Below are positions 52,501 to 64,000 of a DNA stretch of 64,000 bases, in pieces. Location of the stretch: NCBI GenBank assembly GCA_965153355.1, contig OZ231126.1:27280001-27344000 (forward strand), written 5' to 3'. Source of the stretch: Flaccisagitta enflata (Eukaryota). Numbering within the stretch: the first letter of the stretch is position 1; every line of letters starts with the position of its first letter. Made by a program: the position numbers and the translations under genes. A model generated the notes under the pieces. That model searched no databases. It was not told the origin of the DNA and worked only from the letters and a program-made list of their open reading frames with translations.

Positions 52501-54775
52501 TTTTTATCTTTTCTGCCTGGCCTTTTTATCGTCATCGCGTCATTTTTATCGTTTTTATCGTTTTATCGTTTTATCGCTTTATCTCGATCTGTGCACTAAT
52601 TTTTTCTCTTTTTGTTCTATTTAGTGTCTTTTTTGAGAGGTGTGGTGGCAAATTTGTCCGCAATAGATTTTACTCACAAAAATAGACATATCGGCGCGGC
52701 TATGTAGAATTACGACGGGCTGCATATCATTTCATCCACACCCCAATATGCAAATTAGACAAAATAAGGACATGTTCACGCTCAGCTAAATAGACATGAG
52801 AATCGCTAAAAGCGTGAACCGACGGCAAGAAACTATGCCGTAAATTCACAGCTATCCTGAATGATCTTGGCCATCATAAGCTCTTTGTTGATCTCCCATG
52901 TCCAAACCAATCATGGTAGAGAGGAGGTTCTCTATGGATCGGTTAGAGAAGGACGTTCTGATGACCTCAGAGACAGTGGGACTATTTGTTTCTCAAATTT
53001 GTAATAAATGAAGTCACCCCTTAAGCAGTTTGCTTTTTGGGTAGATGAGAAGAGATGTTTTTCAGATTCTGTTTTATGGAAAACAAAGAGTGGTGCGCGT
53101 ATTAACTAGTCAGTGAGGGTTCACAAGGCCCTCTTCCATTTATTTCAGTTGGGTTCTAGTGAGGGATATTGTTCCACCTATCATACTCATTATATACGGA
53201 CGATTCTGAGTAAGTAAAAATTTGGAAATGAGGTGTCGCTGTTCAATTGATTAACCTAAAAGTCGGAGCGATACTTGTGGAGAAAAAAGGCCGGGTGGGC
53301 AGGGGCAGTTCGGGGTGCGCAGGAGCTATATTGTGGGTGGGCAGGGGCTGTGATGCTCAGAAATTACTATATCAGCCAATTTTGCTTCATCTAAATTTTC
53401 GCGTTGCCGATCTTCCATTTCTAGTTTGGACACACCCTCTTATAGAGTTGCTTAGCGAGCGACTAAAGGCTTTGGCGTCGATGAAAGCGATGAAGGAGAG
53501 GGCTTTCTCTTCAAGACTTTCTTAAGAGTCTGGTAAAACGGAAAATAGTCGCAAAAGCGTTGCATGGTCAGCGGTACCCGTGCCCTGCTTAAGTAGGTTA
53601 TGATCATAGTTGAGAGAGGGAGCAGGGCAATTTTCTTGTTCTCCTCCTCCCGCGTTGTTAACTCCGAGCTCATATCTCAGCCTTGAGGCCCATATCCAAG
53701 CCTCAAGGCCCAAATCCCAGTCATGTGGCCCAAGTCCCTCGAAACTCAGATTTGGGCCTCGAAGGTGGGATTTAGGCTGAGATATGAGCCTGGAGGTGGA
53801 GGGGCGCAGGAGAAGAAGGAGAAAATTCCCCATTTGTGTGAAAGCATAGGTCATCGACCCCTTTTGGGACCGTTGTCCAAAAAGCACCCCATTCAATGCA
53901 GTCAGAACTGCAATTTACTCATTGATTAAGATGAGAAATGGTTCGAACAAAGGATGTGTTGTATTTACAAGTAGTAAACAATGTATACTAAACAAGGTCA
54001 ACCCCAGAAAAGAGCGGGATAAGGTAAGGGCCAAAGAATGCAAGAGAAAATTCATCGTTGACATCACTTTCGTTTTTACCTTATCTCGGAATCAAGTGGT
54101 TTTTGACTAAGAGGGTTCCCTCGTTATTTTGTTATCTGCCAATCTGGGTACTGATAGCCTGAAATAATAACAAACAAACAATTGACTTGAGAGAGCTAGC
54201 TTTACTAACAATTGGAGCAAATCATCTACTGTCGTACCCAGCTAGAGCGCACCCACTTTTAAGGCATACCCGCCTGTAATGCATGGAATCCAAAGTCTCC
54301 ACAGGAATTTCATAGTTCATGATCTATTGACAATGAGGCTACTTCATTATATTTATTGCTTAAAAAGCATATTTTTGTCTAGTCCCTTGACATTCTCTCT
54401 AGCAAACTTAGCTGTAATATAATCAACAAGCCATGTAATACGATATGTCGAATCAAGGGATCTGCTTGTAGAATTTTGAACAATTCTTTGATCTCTATGT
54501 GACATAAAAAAATAGGTCCTAGTGACATGACAATTCTCTTTGAATTCAAACGGCTCCCGAAACATTCATTCCAATAATTCTTCCTTTTATGTAAATGTCC
54601 CGTTTTCGTTTTTGACAAGGAAGCCACGGAAGCTTGTTCTACTAAGAATAAATCGTTACACCCTAAATCGTTACACCCATTTTAAAAGAAAGGATTAAAG
54701 GAATATTCCCATCCAAATACGGACTGATGATATATTCGTCAATAAAAGGTTTTGATGTAGGCCTTGTGACGTATG

Positions 54776-56198
<1,423 letters not shown>

Positions 56199-56200
<2 letters not shown>

Positions 56201-59200
56201 GAAATAAATTGAGTGCTACGTTGGCTAGACTATATGAATCAGCTGCAGAAAAGGAGGAGTGAGTTAAGGCTTCGAATTTTCGATAATGAGAGAGAAGGGA
56301 AGGGAAAAGAAGGAAGGGGAACAGGGGAGGAGCATTGACGGGAGGAGCATTGACGATTGATCTTCGAGTAGAAGCGGGAGGACAGATATCTGATACTTTT
56401 CTTTCGCACGACGACAACGCCACGACGGTGAAATCTTGCAATGAAATTTCGATTTCATATCCAGATTTAAGAACAAAATGACTGTAAAAGTTGTCAACGG
56501 AAGATTTTTATCTCTTGCGGTAGGAAATAAAACCGGGTCGAAAGCGGTTTAATTACGCTTAGGGAATTTCAATTTCATGACAAGTTACTTAAAACTAAAA
56601 CTAGTTCGGGTGTTGTGAGGAGGATCGGAATAAGCAGACAGCTAGATCTAGACCATGTATGGCACTTCATAATATTCGCTAGGCATGGCAAAGCTGGCCA
56701 AATTATCAATGACAGTAATTTACAAAGGTAAACAAACACCAGTTCGAGCCATTGATCAAATATCCAAGCTTGGAACTACGAAGTTACCAAGCCATTTCAG
56801 ATTTCTCGTTTTTAACGGATACCAAGCTCGAGGCGGCGACGCGCTTGCGTGGCGGCGCGTTGTTATTCACTTCATACCCATCTTCCTCTTCTTTGATCTT
56901 GACTTTCATTGGTACGGGTCTCGGAAACGGATGAATGACAAGGAATTCTCCCGGTTTTAATCTTCCTCGTGGGCCGACGTCGAATTTGTGAGGCTCCCCC
57001 GGCGGACGAGGGCGGAACTGTTGGGGGTCTTTGGGCTTGTGCTTGAACGCCGGCCGTACCTCGACGACGACGCCTTCGATCGGATGGAATTGCTGCAAAA
57101 GTGACTTCTCAGCGGCGTCGTAGTTGGCGAACGTCAAGAAAGCGAAACCGCGAGCCTATTTCATGGTCAATTTCATGGTGGAGAGGGAGGGGAAGAAGAA
57201 GCGAAGAGCGTGTTTCATGACTACAGATATACAAAAAGATTTGTAGAAAGATAGATGGGAAAGATAGGAAAGCAGGCAGAATAGCAGATAGGAAGACAGG
57301 CAGAATAGCAGATAGGAAGACAGGCAGAAAGGAAGACAGGAAGACTGACAGAAAAGCTGATAGGCAGACAGGTAGAAAGGCAGATAGGCAGATAGGGAGA
57401 CAGGCAAAAGCAGATAGGAAGACAGGCAAAGCAGATAGGAATATAGGCAGAAAGGCAGATAGAAAGAGAGGCAGAAAGGAAGATAGGACGACAGGCAGAA
57501 TGGCAGATAGGAAGACAGGCAGATAGGAAGACAAGCAGATAGGCATATAGGAAGACAGGCAGAATGGCAAAATGAAAGACAGGAAAACAAAAAGAAGAAA
57601 ACCAGTAGAAAGGGGTATACATGGATATAGAGAGACACGTGAAATGCAGATAGGAAGACCGTCATGGAGGGAGATGGGAAAACCGACAAAAAGGCTGAGA
57701 GGATGTCCAACAGAAAGACAAGTGATAGAAAAAGGAGACTATAAGGGAGAAGCGCGTATAAGGGAGAAGTGCGTATTACTGATTATTCAATGCAATTCAA
57801 AACTACGCTTTCTCCAAAGACCTGATAAAGCTGGACCTTCTCCACTAATCCGTATGAGGAAAAGTAATCAACGATGGTTGCCTCGGAGAGATGAAAGATG
57901 CCACTTATTTGAACCCTTCCCGCGTCGTATCGTTCGTCGTCAAGCGAAACTGGCAATCGTCTGAGAAGTATATCCACGCCGTTGATGGTCAGAACCCGGC
58001 CAACCATGCATCGATCCACGGCATCGACTTCCTCGAAAACCACGTTGCCGCCACCACCTTCCGTGAATCTCAGCTTCTCCACGGGGCCGAAGTTACAAAA
58101 GGCCGTCCATATGTCGTCGTCCTCCACCATCTCTTGCCCACAGGAGGAGGATGAGGAAGAAGAAGAGGCGAACTCGAAATGAACCGTACGATATTCCTCG
58201 ATGACGATCTCCTGGACCCAAGGATTGACGGGGTCGTCGTCGCCTTCTTCCTCACAATTGGCGTCAGTTTTATCGATCTTGTTGTCGTTTAACTCGTCAT
58301 CTTCGACGTCATCGCAAATCATAATTTCCTCCGAAAGCAAACGGGCGTTTTCCACGGCTTTGACAAAGACCACATCTCCATCCTGTTGATCCTCGAATCC
58401 CGATGGTGGGGGTGGGAACGCGTCGTCGTCGAAATCCTCGACCGAAATGCCAAGACCGGCGATATCGTCTTCATGCTCAATAGAAACCTTGGGGCCGACG
58501 CCGTCGTCAATCTTTAACGGCTTCTTTTTGTCTTTCCTCCTCATTTTCCTGCTGAAGGAGTCGTCGAGACACGCGGAACGACTTCGCTGACGTCTCGGTC
58601 GGGCATTGGGATTGGAAGGGGATCCGGACTTGGGAGGGACATCGGGAACTTTCATTTCGCGTGATTTTCTGACGAGGGCACCGTCGGCACAGGCGCGCAA
58701 TCGCCTTCTATCCGATCCTAGCACGGTACGCCAAAACGGATTACGAATTTGGTTGATTTGTGAATAAAAACTTTTACATAATAGTTTCCAAAGAATGTTT
58801 TGAACTATCAAAATTATAATAAAACTTTTGAATGATCAAATTCACTAAGCTTTACAGAGCAGAATAAGTCAGTTTACCCTAGGCAACCTATTTTACCCAA
58901 TAACCCCCTACTCCAAATTGACCCTGAAAAATCCTTATCAAAAAAAAATTTGAGGCTATATGATTGAATTGATTTATAGATCCACTACATAATCTTACAC
59001 TAAATATATCTTTTGTAAATTTTATCTATTGTAAATCTTAAATCTATTGTAAATTTTGTACAGAGAGTGAGGAAAGTGGTGACTGATCAAAATGAAAAAT
59101 CAATCGTAAAAAAATAAAATTTGCTTTTTTTTGGGTAAAAACCCTCAAAGTCATTTTTATTTTGTTCGAATTTTTTTCTCAATAGATTCTTTGGGCTAAT

Positions 59201-59284
59201 ACAAGAAGATTGACACTAAGATTGTCCTTTTACTATAAAAAATGGCAAACATATAGCTATTTAAAGTTCTGGGGATACCCAGGG
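56199..59284 (+). repeat. ~3.07 kb segmental duplication, copy 2
   Basis: Direct repeat of 23214-26283. Confidence 0.97.
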
Positions 59285-59983
59285 GGGCCAAAATTTCAAG
59301 TCACCCTAAAACCCAAAATATGGGTCCGAGAGCAAAAATCTTTGGGATTCTTGAGTATCTCCCCATGGGGTACCTTTACACCAAAAAATAGCAAATTCTA
59401 TTTTTTTAGGGTTTTCAGTTTGGTTGATCTGTCATGAAACCACCCTATTGTGATGAGAGAAAGCCCTTAATTCTTCCAATTCATCCAACCTAAAATCTAT
59501 ACCTCTTTTTCCCAGGGGTGTATATAATTCCATAACCTTTGATTATTTTCCCCCCCCTGCCTTTGATTTCCTTCCCCGTGACGCATCATGTCGCGTTACC
59601 AAATCAATGTTTTTCTTCCCCATAAACCACTCAAACTGGGTGTTTAAGGTTTAAATAGTGTTAAATTGTGTTTAACTAATCTTGTTTTATGATTTTGTAC
59701 TGCCAAAAATTATATTTTCCCCAAAAATTTTTTTCTCTTTTTTTCTTCCTTCCTTTTCCTTCCCTTTCTCCAAACCCTTTGATTATTTCCCCCCCCCACG
59801 GGGGGGGGGGGGGGAATACCGAACAATATACAGGCCTGCTTTTTCCCTAACAATAGCATTCGACCCTATCTGGTGCACCGTGCCTTCGCTTGAGTAGCGC
59901 CTTCTGCGAGGTGGAGTCTCGGCTTCAAGGATTTCATCATCCGACGACCAAGAAGGAGCGTCGAGTATCAATTCGTCGGCCAT
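56784..59983 (-). CDS. RNA-binding protein with an acidic disordered N-terminus and two RRMs; exons 59983-59884 (inferred, GC donor), 58717-57822, 57155-56784
   Basis: RRM1 ..DIWTAFCNFGPVEKLRF..GNVVFEEVDAVDRC..INGVDILL; RRM2 VQISGI..LSEATIVDYFSSYGLVEKV..RGFAFLTFANYDAAEKSL..HPIEGVVVEVRPA. Exon 1 MADELILDAPSWSSDDE..RRRRYSSEG joins in phase 1. Confidence 0.75.
59513..59838. mobile_element. hAT-type MITE with a perfect 8-bp TSD
   Basis: ctttttcc|caggggtgtata ... tatacaggcctg|ctttttcc. Confidence 0.88.
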
Positions 59984-60302
59984 CGTCGAATGAATTTAGA
60001 TTGTTTATCTATCTCGTTGCTAGTTCAAACTAACTGGACGGGAGATTTTGCATCTTTGAGAGGACGGCGAGTCCAAGGGAAAACTTACTGAACCAAATAA
60101 GAAAACACAATATCGCAATATTGGCATGAAAAAATCCATCTGTCTGAGACTTAAAATTATCAATCTGTCTAGGATATGTAATTGTCATAACTCGCAGTTG
60201 ACAATCGATGTAACTGAAACCACTGTCAATAAACAAACTGATTGTCTGTACAGGTTCCGAATGCCAGAAAAATCTTAAAAAGATTATGGGTCCGCAACTG
60301 GG

Positions 60303-60472
60303 GTCAAACGGCGCTGTCAAACGGCGCTGTCAAACGGCGTTGTCAAACGGCGTTGTCAAACGGCGTTGTCAAACGGCGTTGTCAAACGGCGTTGTCAAAC
60401 GGCGTTGTCAAACGGCGTTGTCAAACGGCGTTGTCAAACGGCGTTGTCAAACGGCGTTGTCAAACGGCGTTG
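60303..60472. repeat. 13-bp tandem repeat (gtcaaacggcgtt)n, ~13 units, with degenerate units again at ~60593-60640
   Basis: Directly visible. Confidence 0.95.
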
Positions 60473-60649
60473 GAGGAAGGATCCTGCTTGGACACTACTT
60501 ATGATCCAGTCCTTCCTCGTTGTCTATCGATTGTGTTTACATGCATTCATTGCTGTTTCATTGATGACTCGTTGCGTTGCTTGAGAAGAGAAGCGTTGTC
60601 AAACGGCGTTGTCTAATGGCGTTGTCAAACAGTGTTGACAGTATATAAA

Positions 60650-61370
60650 GTTTCAACCAAATCAGTTGAATAATACCAAAGTTATACAAATTTTTCACTT
60701 ATAGGAGGTATGCTGGTTAGGTGGTAGGCCAGTTTGGCCGTTTAGCATGAAAAAATCACAATCATATGTTGAGTCCTTCCATTTAGAGATTCCATACTAA
60801 GTTTCAACCAAATTGGTAGAAAAATGCCTAAGTTATGCACATTTTTCACTTTTAAGCCGGTAGGCTGGGTGGTTGGTAGGCTGGTTTGGCTGGTTAGCAT
60901 GCTGAAATCTCTATAAATTGCAAACATATGTTGAGTCCTTCCATTTAGAGACTTTAAACCAAGTTTCAACCAAAGTTCCGAAGTTATGCACGTTTTTCAG
61001 TTTTAGGCTGGTAGGCTGGTTGGGTGGTAGGCCAATTTGGCTGGTTAGCATGCTAAATCTTTACCAATCAAATACATATGTTGAGTCCTTCCATATAGAG
61101 ACTACATACCAAGTTTCAATCAAATCGGTGGAAACATGCCAAAGTTATGCACGTTTTTCACTTTTACGCTGGTAGGCTGGTTAGGCCGGTTGGTTGGTTA
61201 TGCATAGGGTGCAGAGCGGCTTACCCCACTACAACTTCCCTCCAAATATGAAGCAAATCGGTCAAGGCGTACAAAAAGTAGCCCATTTTTAAAAGTGTGG
61301 ACGACAACGACGACACCCACCCGCCTCGAATTATAGTCCGCGTCGGAATGTCATTCCGTCGCGGACAAAA
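60650..61370 (+). mobile_element. Second copy of the 162-bp-array, hairpin-ended element (~3.5 units)
   Basis: Same repeat unit and the same unique tail (caacttccctccaaatatgaagcaaatcggtcaaggcg..(acg)n..hairpin 61336-61366) as 1-1095. Confidence 0.85.
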
Positions 61371-61562
61371 ATGCTCGATGCAAAAATGTTCAAAACGATT
61401 TTAAACGTTAGCGCATAAAGTTATTCTGCGTACTTCAAAAACAAATGACCAATTGAATGAGTGAGAGAAAAGAGATTAAATAACGCACAATTCTGAAGAT
61501 CACGCGCACGCTGTGAAGCGACACTGAAACGGGGAAGGGGCTATTTTATCCAGCAGAATCGA

Positions 61563-62765
61563 TCAAAATTTTTTCCTCGAGTTAGATCGATGATTATTCC
61601 AGTGAGTATCAGCGATGGAGCCGCCAGCATCAGCGCGAGAATCTTCCTGAGATTCTTCCGTAGTCACGACTTGCTCAGCGCCGACCTGAGGAGTGGTTTC
61701 TATCAAGCCGTCCTGGGTGGACAATTGCGGTTGCAATGGCTGGGAATGGGCTTGATGTTGATTCAATCGAGAGGAGGGAAGAGTAAGGATGGTCGCTAAC
61801 GATATATCACTACCGGCCTGTAGCTTATTTGATAAGCGTCCGTCATTGACGACATTCAACGTCTGTTGGTTATGGCTTCCACTTCCCTGTTGCAACAAAT
61901 GAGATTGAGACTGGGAAAGCGAAGCGGGTTGTTGCAATTGTTGGTATTGCGGTTGTTCCTGAGTCAAATGCAACGAAGTCATGGGTTGGTATTTGGCGTC
62001 GATTAAGGCCACCGAAGGATGGACTTCCACCACCTGTCCTTGTCCCGCCGTGGGACCGCTGGGATCGTCCACGTCGTCGTCGAGTCCGCCGCTGGCGTTG
62101 ACGGACATGCCCGCCGCCGCCGCGACGAGACTCGCGCTGAAGTGCAGCTCCTCGTCACTTGTTGTCAACAGAATTTGGTCCGAAGTCAACGACGTGGTCG
62201 CGTTGTCAACGACGTTGGTCAACCTCGCCGTCGTGGTCGTCGTGGTCATCTCCTCTTTCTTCAGTAGCTGCGGCTGCGGCTGTTCCGAACGCGGCTGCTG
62301 TTGCTGCTGCTGCGACTGACTTTCCTGAGCTCGAGGATGGGCTTTCTTCAAATGAGTGGTCAAATCGTTTTTCACTTTATAAGATTTGTCGCAAATCGTG
62401 CAAACGTGAGGCCGAGATTCGGAGTGGTACAACATGTGACGTGCGAGTGACGTGGCGTATTTAAATTCTTTGCCGCATGTCTCGCACTTGCAGTAAGTCT
62501 TGTCGCTGTGCGCACGCGCGTGGTACTCCAATTTGTCTTTGGTACGGAACGCTTTGTCGCAGACGGAGCAAGTAAATTCCCGTCGTTGCTGCGACGCGGC
62601 GGAAGCGGAAGTGGCGTCGGAATGACGCAGCGCCACGTGGGATTTGAGTTGAGGCTTGGATGAGAAGCCGGTGCCGCAGACGTCGCAGGTGTAGGGCTTC
62701 TCGCCAGTGTGTTCCCTCATGTGTCCTTGAAACCATCGCTCGTCCGTGAATCCCTTGCCGCAAAA
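61563..62765 (-). CDS. Terminal exon of a multi-C2H2 zinc-finger transcription factor with a Gln-rich tail (5' exons outside window)
   Basis: Acceptor ccctttag|ttttgc. FCGKGF..HMREHTGEKPYTCDVCG..H; CSVCDKAF..HARAH; CETCGKEF..HMLYH; CTICDKSY..HLKKAH. Stop at 61563. Confidence 0.9.
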   Translation of the reverse strand, partial: FCGKGFTDERWFQGHMREHTGEKPYTCDVCGTGFSSKPQLKSHVALRHSDATSASAASQQRREFTCSVCDKAFRTKDKLEYHARAHSDKTYCKCETCGKEFKYATSLARHMLYHSESRPHVCTICDKSYKVKNDLTTHLKKAHPRAQESQSQQQQQQPRSEQPQPQLLKKEEMTTTTTTARLTNVVDNATTSLTSDQILLTTSDEELHFSASLVAAAAGMSVNASGGLDDDVDDPSGPTAGQGQVVEVHPSVALIDAKYQPMTSLHLTQEQPQYQQLQQPASLSQSQSHLLQQGSGSHNQQTLNVVNDGRLSNKLQAGSDISLATILTLPSSRLNQHQAHSQPLQPQLSTQDGLIETTPQVGAEQVVTTEESQEDSRADAGGSIADTHWNNHRSNSRKKF

Positions 62766-63199
62766 CTAAAGGGAATGGAAAAAGATGGGGGTGGGGGTTG
62801 CGTTTGGTCAGAAGAGGCAGATGAATGACTCATCAGAAAGCAAAGTTATATTCTCTATTATTTATGTACCCCGAAATTAGTCTGACAGCCCAAAACAGAG
62901 AGATGGTCAGAGACCCCCATGCCTCAACTAGCGTATACTCTTGACTGTCCATTCAAAAGAAATAGCCTATTTCCGAAAAACAGGGAGACAGAAAAATTAA
63001 CAGAGACAACGATATCGAGACAGAAAGAGAGAAGGAAAGAGACAGGGAAAGGGAGAAAGATTGAAACAAAGAAACAGAGTGAAACAAAGAATGAAAGACA
63101 AAAACAAAAAATGAGTGAAATAAGAAAAACGAAAATGAAGAGAGACAGATTAACAAAGTGAGAAACAAGCAATGGGAGAAACGTAGTGAGTGACAAATA

Positions 63200-63785
63200 C
63201 AGTACGATGGGAGCAAAGACGACAGACGGGAGGATAGATTTTAGGTATCTTAATTCCATTTGATATATAAAAAAATTAAGATCTGTACTAATTAAAGGTT
63301 GTTTTATTGCTTGAATATATTGACTTCTCTCATTCTTCAACTTGTGACTTGACTTCATCAAGACTTCATTTTTCATTGTTCTAACCTAGCTCATCAAATT
63401 GAGCAAAAATTTTTATGAAATTCTAAAAAAAAAATCAGCTCAATGGAACTATTTTTACAGGTTTTATGCCTGTTTTAAGCTTTGCCCAGATATTAATTTA
63501 CATAATTATCAGTCTTGAAAAATGGCTATAAAACCTGTAAAAATAATCCGATTGAGCGGATTTTTTTTTAAAATTATATTAAATCTTGATGGGCTAGGTT
63601 ATAACATTGAAAAATGAAGTCCTGAAGAAGTCAAGTCACAAATTGAAAAATGAGAAAAACTAACATATTCAAGCAATAGAGCAACCTTTGATTACCACAG
63701 ATATCAATTTTTTTATACATCAAATAAAATTAAAATACTTAAAATCTATCCTACAGTCTAGGTCGTCTTTGCGCCCATCGTACAG
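63200..63785. mobile_element. Foldback MITE with long diverged arms, TA TSD
   Basis: TA-cagtacgatgggagcaaagacgac ... gtcgtctttgcgcccatcgtacag-TA; arms are reverse-complementary over more than 200 bp. Confidence 0.85.
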
Positions 63786-64000
63786 TAACAAAAGAGTCCG
63801 AGAAGGGAATGCAAAAATGAAGAAGAAAATGAAGACAAAGAGGAAGAAAGAGGAGGAAAGAGAGAGAAAGAAAAAGAGAAAGAAAGAAAGACAGAGAGAA
63901 CTTGGAGAGAAATAAAGCGACTAAAAATAAGGGGTGGATAAAGCCAGCCTATCAAGTATTAAAACGATTTCAAAATGTTAAGACCCAGACATAACTTCAC

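Noticed and set aside
53452-53510. Possible upstream TBC1D30 exon (ttttaccag|TLKKVLKRKPSPSSLSSTPKPL) and a possible first exon near 55960
   Set aside because: The acceptor is good but the donor is weak, the phases cannot be chained confidently and no homology is recognisable.

Overview
Repeat-rich, intron-containing invertebrate animal DNA. Host genes were reconstructed by hand from splice sites. On the + strand: syntaxin-16 (first exon upstream of the window) and a 12-exon internal fragment of a beta-heavy spectrin gene with neither end visible. On the - strand: FAF2/UBXD8 (complete, 9 exons), Rab1 (complete), TLCD5/TMEM136 (complete), TBC1D30 (5' end not found), a two-RRM RNA-binding gene and the last exon of a C2H2 zinc-finger gene. 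The RRM gene lies in a ~3.07 kb block duplicated in direct orientation (23214-26283 and 56199-59284); the left copy lacks exon 1 and is fused to the spectrin fragment. The most unusual object is a 5.7 kb pogo-type DNA transposon (44806-50502) with ~275 bp TIRs and TA target duplications. It encodes an apparently intact 7-exon DD35D transposase with N-terminal C2H2 fingers (POGZ-like layout) and a C-terminal Cys/His module. It also carries a second, HIRAN-like gene that appears to share a spliced leader exon with the transposase. Many MITEs (TA, 8-bp and 4-bp TSD types), Helentron-like hairpin-ended elements with internal tandem arrays, and microsatellites fill the introns. Domain and family calls are by eye from motifs; no searches were run.
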